A stretch of 64,000 nt of DNA from Octopus vulgaris. Lineage: Eukaryota. The stretch spans positions 26,970,001-27,034,000 of the forward strand of contig OX597832.1 of the NCBI GenBank assembly GCA_951406725.2, in the 5' to 3' direction. Within the stretch, counting starts at the first letter, position 1. Every line of letters begins with the position of its first letter. This document shows positions 37,464-51,095 of this stretch, piece after piece. The translations under genes were made by a program, and so were the position numbers. A model generated the notes under the pieces. The model was not told the origin of the DNA and did not search any database. It was given only the letters and a program-made list of their open reading frames with translations.

Positions 37464-40400
37464 ACTCTGTAAAGTGGTTAGCATTAGGAAGGGCATCCAG
37501 CCATAGAAACCATGCCAAAGCAGCCCTCAACTGGTCAGCTGTTAAACCGTCCAACCCATGCCAGCATGGAAACAGATATAGAAACAATGATATAGATATA
37601 AGTATAGCATCACCATTATCATCATTCAATGTCCATTTTCCATGCTGGCATGGGTTGGACAGTTTGACAGGAGCTAGCAAGGCCAAGAACTGTTTAAGCA
37701 AGCTTCCTATGGATGGATGCCCTTCCTAACAGCAACACTCCACAGAATATAGTGGGTGCTTTTTACATGCATGCATACATACACACACACACATATATAT
37801 AACATTGGTGTTAGAAAGGGCATCCAGTCATAGAAACCATGCCAAGCTGACATTGGGACCTAACACAGCTCTGCAGGTCATTGGATCCTATGAAAATGCC
37901 CAACCCATGCTAGCATGGAAGATGGATATTAACTGATGATGATGATGATGATAATTATGATATGTAAAGTGGAGTGTCACTTTCTTTCATTGTAACTGTT
38001 ACACTTATATCATGGTATTCGTTATTTGGGAAAGGCACGAATATCACATCCTCACAGTCTTCCGCTCTTTCACTTCCAAACTGAAAGTACCACCAGGAGA
38101 CACCGGTACCCCTCCCCACCCCCACCTCACCTCACTCTTGCAATGGTTGCCTCTTCTACTACCTTCTCTCTGTAAAGTTGTCATTGTTGGACTCCCCAGG
38201 GTGTCACTCAGGCCAGTTACTTCATTACATACACACACAACATAGCTATGTGGTCATGTCGAAGCTATATGTGTATGTGTGTGTGTAGACACACACATAT
38301 ATATGATTGTATGTGTGTGTATATACATATACATGAAAGTAGAAACAAGAGTTGGTTTAAGTTCTTAAGCACGCACACACACACACACACATATATACAT
38401 ACATACATACATGCTAACATATGCATACACAAATACACATACATACACACATACAGATACACACACATATGTGCACACCCACACACACGCACGTGGACAT
38501 CTATATATTTAAAACAAAAAAAAGTAACAGGGAGGTGGGGTTGGTCACACAGACCCATCTTGGTAATATATACAAATACACAACACCCCACCTCCATCCT
38601 CAAGCTACACACCCACCCTGGGAGGAGAGGAGGGGGTACAAGCCATATATCATGTGATATCATGTTATCTACAGTTACTTTGTTATTATAATGAAGTGTT
38701 ATAAAAACATTACCAGATGGGAATATATACATTTATGAATACCACCACCCCACCAGCACCACCATCATCATCATCGTCATCATCAACATCTCCATCACTC
38801 TCTTCATTTTCCTCATCATCGCTATTTAGGCTACCACCACTACTACTACCACTACATCAATCATGATCATCACCACCCTCACTAGCACCATCCACCACCA
38901 CCATCTCTGACACCAACACTATGTACACATACACACATACACTAATGCACACACATACATACAAATATATACATACACGCATATGCATACATATGCACAC
39001 GCATACATTAATGTACATGTATACACATACATACATACATACATACCATCACCCATCATCATCATCATCATCATCATCATCACTATCACCATTACCACCA
39101 CCAATTACCATGCCTGCACCTCCTCCCACCACCCCTCCACTACAGTTTTAATGCTTCAAACACAAGAGAGATAATTATGTAGAATATCACCAAAGAGATC
39201 AGTATATTCCTGTTACCCCCAACACCCACCCAGGGACAGGACTATATAAAGTTTAATTAGAAAGATTTCAGCATTAAGTGTGTACGTGTGTGTGTGTGTG
39301 TGTGGGTGGGTTGGGTGTCCCTTATCAGTGCTTGATAACTGGTGTTGGTGTGTTTATGTCCCCGTAACCTAGCAGTTCAGCCAAAGCGACCGATAGAATA
39401 AGTATGAGGCTTAAAAGCAATAAGTATAGGGGTTGATTTGTTTGACTGAAATTGAAGGCAGTGCTCCAGTATGGCTGCAGTCTAATGACTGAAATAAGTA
39501 GAAGATAAAAGATTAACTGATGGTAGGTGAGGTAGGGGTATGTGTGTGTATGTACAATCTTGTTTCCAAGTTCAAATCTCAGGCTGGAACACTGCTTTCT
39601 GTCTCTCCCCAGACGATAACTTACATACCTATTTCTTTATTACCCACAAGGGGCTAAACATAGAGGGGACAAACAAAGACAGACATAGGTATTAAGTCGA
39701 TTACATCGACCCCAGTACGTAACTGGTACTTGATTTATCAACCTCGAAAGGATGAAAGGCAAAGTCGACCTTGGTGGAATTTGAACTCACAACTTAACAG
39801 CAGACGAAATACGGCTACGCATTTCGCCCGGCGTGCTAACGATTCTGCCAGCACGCCTTACATACCGAGCATATCCTTGTTCAATTCTAGACCCACCCCT
39901 GACTACTTTAGCCTGGTCCCTTTACAAAACAAAAAGGTTCGACTTCTTGCAGTAAGTGGCAGGAACACTGTATAGCAAAGGAGTGTCCCAATCTGCTAGC
40001 AGTGAGTTCAATTCCTACCATGAGTGTGGCTTGGAGGAAGAAGGCTGCATCAGGTTGACTTCAATTGCTGCCCCACCTCCTTGCGATGTGTCAACAAAGG
40101 GGCAATAATAAGGTTGTTGTTCTGTTAGAAATAGCAGCCAAACTGCCCTCAATTCACACCTCAACACCAATGAAATACACTATTCTTGGAATAAAACAAA
40201 AGATGGGATAGGCATGACTGGAATGTATTTAATCATAGGTCTGCTTACTCATAACTGATATGGGGTTAAACAACAACAACCAAATTCCTCTAAACCCTTA
40301 TGGATTAGTTGTAGGGTCACCGTTGAAGGTTTCTGAGTTTTCTCACATAATGTGTAAACAAAGTCAGCATTCACAGAAAAACAGTGTCATTTGTTCACAA

Positions 40401-41211
40401 TCTTCCATAAAAACATGCCCAGTCATTGAGCTGTTTGTGTTTGAAGGACTTGGGAAAATATTACCATGTGAAAGTTGGTGACAACAAGACCATCTGGTCT
40501 GTAGAAAAATCTGATTGAACACATTTTGTCTCACCTGTGCAGGCATGGAAAAGTAGATGCTACAATCATGCTGCTGATGTGTTTGTGGTGATGGAAAAAA
40601 AAATCATATCAGCTTGCGAAGATCCTTACTTTTTTTCCAGACGGTTGCTCAGTTTTTATCAGGGCATTGTAACAGTTCATTGATTCCGCCAAGATTTTGC
40701 GATGTGAGTTCTACTGGATTGTACAAGTGTCACTCTAGGAAACACTGTTTTGTGTATCAAGTGTTGAGGAATGATTGTCAGAAAAAAAAATTGGCCAAAC
40801 GAAAGCAGATTAATTTAACAAAGACTCATTCAGGTCCTCATGATATCATTGCTGTCTCTCTCCTCAAATACCTATTTTTGGCTTATCTGTAGTCATTGTA
40901 CAACCAACTATTCACATGAAAGTGGTTGGCTGTATGAGCAGAGAAACCGTAGGATTATAAGCTCCTTCTTGGACCTGCCTCAACAAGAACTAGTCAATTT
41001 CTCTAGTGTTGACACTACAAGAAAACATACCCAGTGCACAGTAAAGTGGTCTGTTGTATGATCTGAGAAAGAGTAGGGGTTATAAAAACCCCTCTAGTTT
41101 TTTCATCAAGGATTATTTAATCTTTTTAGTTTTAGTGTCATGGAGAAAATGTACTCAATACATGCTAAAATGGTTGATATTAGAAAGGGCATCTGACCAT
41201 TGAAACTGGAG

Positions 41212-41420
41212 GCACCTAAGCTCCATGCGGCTCCGGCAGAAGGTAAAGGTGAACTTCTGTTGACTCTTTCGCCACAACTTTCTTTCGCTCTTTCCTCCTG
41301 CATCATGCAGCTCACCTGCGATGGACTGGCGTCCCATCCAGGTGGGGAACCTATACGCCAAGGAAACCGAGAAACCGGCCCTAATGAGCCAGGCATGGCT
41401 CGAGAAGGAACAAACAACCA
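41212..41420 (+). mobile_element. 5'-truncated SINE family D copy with different 3' domain
   Basis: Shares its body with the 31512 copy, then has cctgcgatggactggcgtcccatccagg (V/Meta-SINE-like central domain, from recall) and a (CAA)-type tail. Confidence 0.6.
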
Positions 41421-43531
41421 TTGAAACCAAACCAAATGAATGCATTTATAAGCACCAGATTTTGGGAACAGCAGTACCCAAGTGGGAAGTGATTCAGAGC
41501 AGGATGACCCACTGAAGCCATAGCAGTCTGAAAAGTGGCTGTAAAATGATGATGATGATGATGATGATGATGATAGTGATGATGGTGATTCACCCACAAG
41601 ATACACTATCCCCTCTCTCCGTCCCATCCACTGCTTCTGTAAATAATTTCCCCACTCCTCTGAATTAGTTCCCTGCACCCCCTCAACAAAGGCCAACCCA
41701 ACTTAGTTCTCTCTCCTCTTCACAACACCCCTTCTGGGGTATCACTTACCACACCCTAAGTCCTCACTTATTCTCAGTCTTTTCTCCCCAAACTGTCGAC
41801 TCTCTAGAGCTACCCACCCCTACGCCATTCCGGCAGATGCTGACTAACAAATATTCAAGATCCAGTCCTTGTATTTTCAAGTTTGGCACTTATTCTATCG
41901 GTCACTTTTCTAAAACTGCTTAGTTATGGGAATGTAAACAAACCAACATTGGTTATCAAGTCATCATCATGGGACATACACAAGGACACACACACACAAA
42001 CATATATATATATATGACAGGTTTCTTTCAGTTTCCATCTACCAAATCCACTCACAAGGTTTTGGTCGGCCCGAGGCTATAGTAGGAGACACTTGCCAAG
42101 GTGCCACACAGTGGGACTGAACCCAGAACCATGTGGTTGGTAAGCAAGCTTTGTACCACACAGTCACTTGTACTTTGTACAGAATCAAACCTTTCAACTA
42201 TAAGCTCCAGAAATTAGGGGAGGACTCTAGTTCATTATATCAACCCCAATATTTGACTGGTACTTATTTTATCAACCCTAAAAAGATGAAAGGCAAAGAC
42301 TAGTAGCAAAGACGATGGTAGTGTGCCCAGTGAAATCAAATGATAATAGGATAATTGTTATTAAGGGCAGTTGGGGGTAGCAGAAAAGGCAGATTAAGGA
42401 CATGGCTCTGTGGCATTTACGGCCCATTTATTGTGAGACCAAATCTTGCCAAGGGTGACCTAGCATTTTGTCCTTCCAGGATCATTATAACAAACCTCAT
42501 TCATGGAGTGAGATTTATTTTAATTGGCTAGATTAAATAATTTGTGACGAATTTGTAGTATCACATCATTGTGATAACGAGAATTCTTGTCACCAAACAT
42601 CACCGGTTCTGACGCAGGCAAACACTCACCCCCAGCTCTGTCTCAGACACCCACTGCCCCACCCCATCGTCTGGTGCTACGTTGTCAGTGATGACTCAGG
42701 TTTTGGTACTTTATTAGTACAGAGGATGTCCTGTTGCTACATCTATTCATCTCTTATTTCTACTTTATTCTTTCATCTCCCTCTCTATCTTTCTAATCTA
42801 TCTATCCATCTATATCTATATATATACACGCACACACACACACACACGCACACACAGACACAAATGCATGCATACATCTAACATATACACATGTATGTAC
42901 AGACGTGTGTGTATGTATATCTATCTATTTATCTACACACACACACACACACAAATGCATGCACACAAGCATGCATACACATAACAAATACACATGCCTG
43001 CACAGATGTGTGTGTGTGTATATCTATCTACTATTTATCTATATATATATATATACATACACACTCACACACACAGAGAAACACCTATGGTTATATAGTG
43101 ACAGTTGTATATGTTACATACAATCATAAGCACATACATTCTCTGTATTGCTTGAAATTACATATTACACACACACACACACACACCTTTCATTCCCACC
43201 TCTTATCATTTCCTTAGTACTAAATGCATTCCTTATTAATCCAGCTACATTACCAAAAGCCTGGTCATCTGGATTCACCAGTTCTCCATCATATCGCTGG
43301 CAATGACATTCAGTTAGTCTCCTCCAGAACCTTCCTTCTTTAACTGGAGTTGTTAGGTCATGCTGGGCTAAAAATAGTTCACATTTAATCATCTTTTTTT
43401 TTCTCAATGCCAAACTATAAACAGAACACATGGCAAGTGTCAGCCACGTATTGTACACACGGACACACATGGCTCTATGGTGTGCATGGGTTTACATACA
43501 ATCTAGCTGTCTACCTAAGCATGTGTATGCA

Positions 43532-43580
<49 letters not shown>

Positions 43581-43748
43581 GTATATATATATATATATAT
43601 ATATAAAAACACACATATATATAAATACACACACACACATATATATATACACACACACATATATATATATACACACACACATATACACACACACACATAT
43701 ATATACACACACACACATATATATATAAACACACACATATATATATAT

Positions 43749-43781
<33 letters not shown>

Positions 43782-46700
43782 CCACATGGTTCTGGGTTCA
43801 ATCCCACTGCGTGGCACCTTGGGTAAGCATCTTCTACTATTGCCTCAGGCCAACCAAAGCCTTGTAAGTGGATTTGGTAGACGTATATATATAAATATAT
43901 ATGTGTGTATGTATATGTTTGTGTGTCTGTATTTCTCCCTGCATCATTACATGACAACCGATGTTGGTGTGCTTATGTTCCCGTAATCGAGCGGTTTGGC
44001 AAAGGAGACCGATAGAATAAGTAGTAGGCTTACAAAGAATAAGTCCTGGGGTCGATTTGCTAGACTAAAAATGCAGTGCTCCAGCATGGCCACAGTCAAA
44101 TGACTGAAACAAGTAAAAGAATAAAAGAATATATATATATATATAGGGTATGTGTGTGTGTGTGTGAGAGAGAGAGTGAGAGTTATATCTTATGTATCAC
44201 AGATGCTCTACAAGACATATCTCTATCATCTCAATCCACCCCCACCAATACCCACACCCGACACAACTATTAACATTAGTGACTTGACTCTGAATGGTAC
44301 TGAAATTTTATTGTGTATGCGTGTGTGTGTGTGTGTGTGTGTGTGTGCACGTGCAATTAAGAGAGAGAGGCGTGTGTGTGTGTATGGTGTGTAAAGTACC
44401 AGTCAAGTAGAGGCATTGATGTAATCAGCTGTTCCCAAAACCAACCCACCTACAGCCCCATTCATCTCCCTAAAATCTTTGTGGTCATGTGACTGTTAGA
44501 AAACATAATTATTTAGGAGCAGAGAAGGAAAAGGAAGAGAGGAAAGGGCAGTCGGCACCAAAAGGGCCATCCTACACTGACGATGCATTGGAGGCAACTT
44601 CCTCTCTTTGATGTCTGGTCTGTTATATTTAGTGAGATTCCCAGAAGATCTGGTACCAATTCCTTAATAGACAGACGAACTGAGGCACATGTTGTTGTTG
44701 TTGTAGTAATTGTTGGTGTTGGGTAGTGACCCCAGGTCATCTTTGACCAAGTAGGCTCTTTCATCACAAACATTCTGCCAGCTGTGACCATCCTGTCTTT
44801 TTGATCCAGGACCTCATAGAACAACATGTTCTTCCTTCTTTAGAAAAGTGAGGAAAGAACAGTGACCCCACTCTGACACACCCCGACTCCCACTCTGACA
44901 CACACACACAGACAGACAGACAGACAGACAGACACACACACACACACACCAAATATTGATTTCAAGTTCTGGGACAAGGCAAGAAATATATATATTTCTT
45001 TATTACCCACAAAGGGCTAAACATAGAGGGGACAAACAAGGACGGACAAAGTTGATTACAACAACCCCAGTGCATAACTGGTACTTAATTTATCAACCCC
45101 GAAAGGATGAAAGGCAAAGTCGACCTCGGCGGAATTTGAACTCAGAACGTAGCGGCAGAAGAAATACCTATTTCTTTATTACCCACAAGGGGCTAAACAT
45201 AGAGGGGACAAACAAGGACAGACAAACGGATTAAGTTGATTATATCGACCCCAATGCGTAACTGGTACTTAATTTATCGACCCCGAAAGGATGAAAGGCA
45301 AAGTCGACCTCGGCAGAATTTGAACTCAGAACGTAGCGGCAGACGAAATATCGTTCAGCATTTTGTCCGGCGTGCTAACGACTCTGCCACAGGGGCAGAG
45401 GTCAGTCAATTACGTTGCCCCCTAGTGCTCAACTGATACTTATTTTATCAACTCTGGAAGGATGAAAGCCAAAGTCAACCTCAATGGAATTTGAACCCAG
45501 AACATAAAGTCAAATGAAATGCTTAGCAGCATTTTACCTGGCGTGCTAATTGTTCTGCCAGCTCACTACCTTAATAATAATTATAATTATTATTTCAAAT
45601 TTTTGCCACAAAGGCAGCTTGGGGGAAGTGGGGGGTGAGTCGATTATATCGACCCACAGTGTTCAACTGGTACTTAGTTTATCGACCCTGAAAGGATGAA
45701 AAGCAAAGTCAACCTCGGTGGAATTTGAACTCAGAATAGCTGGCAGAAACGTTAGCACACCGGGCGAAATGCTTAGCCGTATTTCGTCTGCCTGAGTTAA
45801 AATTCCGCCGAGGTGGACTTTGCCGTTCATCCTTTCGGGGTCGATAGATTAAGTACCAGTTACGCACTGGGGTCGATGTAATCGACTTAATCCGTTTGTC
45901 TCTCCTTGTTTGTCCCCTCTGTGTTTAGCCCCTTGTGGGTAGCAGAGAAATAAATACTGCTAAGCATTTCACGGTATTTTATCTGTCACTACATTCTAAG
46001 TTCAAATTCCACTGAGGTCGACTTTGCCTTTCGTCCACCTGGCAACTGGTGTTGGGTTGTTTACGTCCTTGTAACTTAGCAGTTTGGCAACAGACACCAA
46101 CAGAATAAGTATGAGGCTTAAAATGCAAGTACTGTGGTCGATTTGTTCGACTAAACCCTTCACGCTGGTGCTCCAGCATTGGCTGTAGTCCAATGACTGA
46201 AACGAGTAAAAGAAGGAGAGAAGATAGTCACTGCTACTAGAATACTTGTGATCATGGGTCCGTTCGACCCGGGATGGCCTAGGGTTAAACGACAAGTATC
46301 ATCTGTGTAAAATAAATGTGCGCCACCTTTTCCCATAGACATGGTGTAAGGATTGTGATGATTCATGTGTAGACAGAACTAAATACAGACAACACAATAA
46401 CAGTGATGATGATGATGATGATGGTGCTGGTGAGATGGTGGTGGTGGCGGAGGCGGCGGTAGTGGTGATTGAAATGAATATTATTGGCAGTAAAATTATA
46501 TGGCTTAGTTAATTGTTATGAAAAAAAACAGGACAGCATGTAATTCAACATTTATCCAAGACACACACACATAGAACACCACACACACACACACAGAACA
46601 CCATATACACACACACACACACAGAACACCACATACACACACACACATATATAGTGTCACATACGCACAAACAATAACACACAGCCCCTCTCATGTGCAC

Positions 46701-47240
46701 CCACACACATACAGCCACATATTCCTGTCATACACACACAATATAAATACACAATACACACACAGACATCTACAGTGACCCCTCCTACACACAAGCACAC
46801 ATGTATGCACCCACACCAACACTACACCTAACACACAATATACAACCATAGCTGAAAGATTTTGTGGTTATAATTACACTAATTTAGATTGATTCTGCCA
46901 GAAGACAAAGAAAAGGAAAGGGAGAGAGTAGAAAGAAGTTTAACAAGAGTTTCTTTAAAAATTTGCAGACCTATACCACCCTCTCATAAAATGACATAAG
47001 AATCTAGTTTTGGCCCAAAGCCTGAAATTTTACAGGAGGTGATAAGTTGATTACGTTGACCCTGTGTGCAACAGGTACCTATTTTATTGACTCCAAAAGA
47101 ATGAAGAGCAAAGTTGACCTCAGCAGGATTTGATCTCTGGACATATAGAACAGATGAAATGCTGTTAAGCATTTTGCCTGGCATGTTAATGATTCTGCCA
47201 GCTTGCCACCTTAATAGTAATAATAACAATAATGATGATA

Positions 47241-47771
47241 TTGGGTTGTCCGGAAAGTTCGTGCCGATTTATAGTAGCTTGGTTGAGTTCATAAAATAGG
47301 ATTTGACTACACCTCCATTTAGAGCACAGTTTAAGCTATCTTTTTGTGGAAGAAGGTTTATGCTCCTATAACCTGTGTTAATTCTGTAACCCATTAAAGA
47401 AAGTTCATTTTGGGCAGTTGATGCTTTGGGAACCAGACAAAAATTGCTGCAGCTTGGCTGGGATGTGTTACCCCACCCTCCATATTCACCAGATATTGAT
47501 CCTTCGGATTTTCACTTATTCAGGTTTCTGCAGAATAGTCTTAATGGTAAAAATTTCGATTCCGTGGATGAGGTAAAAACATACCTTGATGAATTCTTTG
47601 CCATGAAACCACCTCAATTCTGGGAAGAGGGTATTTTCAAGTTAAAGGAAAGATGGAGACGCATTGTGCAACAAAATGGTTCATATTTGGTTGATTAAAA
47701 ATGTTATAGAAAGTATTTATTGACCTTTTTCTTTCCTTTAAAAATCAGCACGAACTTTCCAGACAACCCAA
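47241..47771 (+). mobile_element. Internally deleted mariner (Tc1/mariner) DNA transposon, 531 bp
   Basis: 30-bp TIRs ttgggttgtccggaaagttcgtgccgattt / aaatcagcacgaactttccagacaacccaa (2 mismatches); TA on both sides (47239-40, 47772-73). Confidence 0.93.
47426..47698 (+). pseudogene. Mariner transposase C-terminal remnant
   Basis: LGWDVLPHPPYSPDIDPSDFHLFRFLQNSL...EGIFKLKERWRRIVQQNGSY contains a variant of the mariner YSPDLAPSD motif. The DNA-binding domain and the first two catalytic Asp are deleted. Confidence 0.9.
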
Positions 47772-48045
47772 TAATAATCCTTTCTACTATACACACAAGG
47801 CCAGTAGTTTTGGAGGAGGGAGTCTAGTCGATTAGATCAACCCTAGTGTTCAACTGGTACTTATTTTATTGACCCCACAAGGATGAAAAGTAAAGTTGAC
47901 TTTGGCAGGATCTGAACTCAGAATGTAAAGACAGACGAAATGCGGCTAATGAGTCTGCTAATGTGATGGTCTTAAAGATAAATATCAACATCAGAACAAC
48001 TTCATAAATTTGTAGGGAAGGCAGTTATTAAGAATAAAAGTACAT

Positions 48046-48453
48046 CATTATTGTTCTTGTTTATTTATTATTATTATTACTATTATTATTACTATTATTA
48101 TTATTATTATTATTATTATTCTTATTATTATTATTATTACTATTATTATTATTATCATTCTTATTATTATTATATTTATTATTATTATTATTATAATTAT
48201 TATTATTATTATATTTATTATTATTATTATTCTAAATTATTATTATTATTACTATTATTATTATTATTATTATATTTATTATTATTATTATTATTATTAC
48301 TATTATTATTATTATTACTATTATTATTATTATTGTTACTATTATTACTATTATTATTATTGTTATTATTACTATTATTATTATTACTAATACTAATTAT
48401 TATTATTACTATTATTATTATTATTATTATTATTATTAGTTGTTGTTGTTATT
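48046..48453. repeat. (TAT)n trinucleotide microsatellite, about 400 bp
   Basis: Seen directly. Confidence 0.97.
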
Positions 48454-51063
48454 AAAATGGTCAGTCAGTCGTGTTCAAACATTAAAAAAGAAATTAAAAA
48501 TACCTCGCCTCCCCCCACCACACAAAAGAGGGTCACATAATTATTACAGCCGCTTGTTATATTTTCTATTTATAAACAAGAAGTGAGGAGGAGAACATTT
48601 CACCCCCCTTTTTTTTTTTCATACCAACCCACCTGACTCCAACTCTGGTTCTTAGACCCCACCCCACCTCACTCCACACCTCATTTTAATGCATTCATAT
48701 CTAAACTAAAGCTTCCCATGGTTTTTATGTTAGAACCATTTCAATTCCAAATAACACCGTAACCCTTTTTTTTGTTACCAAATTTCTATTGAAACGCACT
48801 TCTTTTTTTTTTTTGTTCTTTGCTCCAATTAATTATGGAAATAACGAAGACATTAATAAAATAACCTTCCCATTAATTATTAGGCTAGTTTCTGGAACAT
48901 AAATTAATGTGAAATTTTGAGGGGAAGGTTTTAATTTAGATTACTTTAAAACAGGAGGCTTTTATCCTAGGGACCCAGGACAACCACAAACAGGTTTGTA
49001 TCAAACAAGGTGACCCTTTTAATAACATATTTCTATTGAAATACTCCATCTCAATTAATAATGAAGAATTTAGTAAAATATTATTAAGCTGGTACTGGGT
49101 GGCTATTTTCTTCCATTTCTCCATATAAATAAATAGATGGGACTGGAATGACAATGATTTTGCTCAATCAGGACTGACCTAGGGCTAAACAACACCTCCC
49201 CTACACATACACACACAGACACTGCTAATCCTTAACAGTTAATGATCCCACCCCTGCCACACACATGCCCTGATCAAGCCTTCCACCCCCCGCCCCCACA
49301 GAAGAGTTCCTTTGTTAAGGTCATGAGCAATCGAGTGCTCCGAGTGGTTAATGGAGGAAGAACCACAGGGGGGGGAGGGGGAAGTGCGAGAGATGCAGTG
49401 AACTGTTAAGAAGAAATTGTTTAAGATGCACAACAGTTGGTGGTGTAAGGGATTAGAGTCACCACCCCACTCCCACCCCCAGATTCCTTACCTCCATCAC
49501 AAATATAATTCTGGATCGATGCTGGTTTTAATGGTTGCCTAAAGGCTAATCCAACTAAATCCCTCTGCTCTTTACACACACACACCTATATACACATATA
49601 TACCCCATATAATATACATACATACATATGCATCATCATCACCACCATCATCGTCATCGTTTAACGTCTGTTTTCTATGCTGGCATGGGTTGGACAGTTC
49701 GACTGAAGTCTGGAAAGCCAAAGGGCTGAACCAGACTTCAGTCTGATCTAGCAGTATTTCTACAGTTGGATGCTCTTCCTAATGCCAACCACTCCGAGAG
49801 TGTAGTGGGTGCTTTTTTTACGTGCCATCAGCACAGGGGTCAGAGGGGGCTGGCAGTGGGGAACAAACACAGGCACAAGACACACACACACAGTCATATA
49901 TATATATGTGAATTTTAAAGTATTAAATATCCATCAATGGCGGTGCCCCAGCATGGCCACAGCTTGTGAGCTGAAACTAGATGAAAAAAATCACAGCTGA
50001 TATTACCAACTGGTTTCGCGCAAAAAATACAATGGAGTGTTAGGTAACAATCCAATAATATATTATTATGCTCATATATACATATATAAATATGTAAAGA
50101 CCATTAATACTCATAAGAGATAATAATATTAGTGGCCGCAAGCATAAAACTATATTGACAAAATTAATAGATATATATGAATATATACATAAAATCAGAG
50201 TACTAAGAAGTACCAGCTTAGCTAAAAATAGGAGTCGTAAGCACTCTGAAGCCACAAGAATTAACACTAAATTTTTACAGGCATGGTTGAAGAAAACTGA
50301 GTGAGTTATATATCATCATCATCATTTAACATCTGTTTTCCATGCTGGCATGGGTTGGATGGTTTGATTTAGGACTAGCATGTCAGTAGGCCACACCAGG
50401 CTATAATCTAATCTGGCAAGGTTTCTACAGCTGGATGCCCTTCCTAACACCAACCACTTCAAGAGTGCAGTGGGTGCTTTTTATGTGCCACTGGCACAGG
50501 AGCCAGTTGGGGGGCACTAGCATCGACTACGTTTGGATGGTGCTTATCATGTGCCACCAGCATGGGTACCTGTTAGACAGCACTGGCATCACCCATGACT
50601 ACGATTTATATATATACATACATAGAATGGGCTTCTTTCAGTTTCCATCTACCAAATTCACTCACAAGGTCTTAATTCGACCGAAGCTATAGTAGAAGAC
50701 AGTAGGCCAAGGTGTCACACAGTAGGACTGAACCTGAAACCATGTGGTCTGAAAGCAAGCTTCTCACCACATAGCCATGCCTGCATCTATTATATAAACA
50801 AATCTATATATAATTGAGATTATTTACTAATCAATTAGTTTAATTCCTACCAGATTCACAATTCAGTATGATTATTTTGAAATCATGTCACTCTCCAACC
50901 ACCACCACCACTATTTTTACTACAACTACTGCCATTATAACCATCACCACCTCTACTGGTACCTACACCACTACCAACCACCATTTCAACCACCACCTCT
51001 ATCGCTGCTACAACTACTAATATGACCACTTCAATCACTACTACCACCACTACTATCACCACC

Positions 51064-51095
<32 letters not shown>

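Noticed and set aside
48051-48455. Poly-Tyr/Leu membrane-like ORF
   Set aside because: (TAT)n microsatellite.
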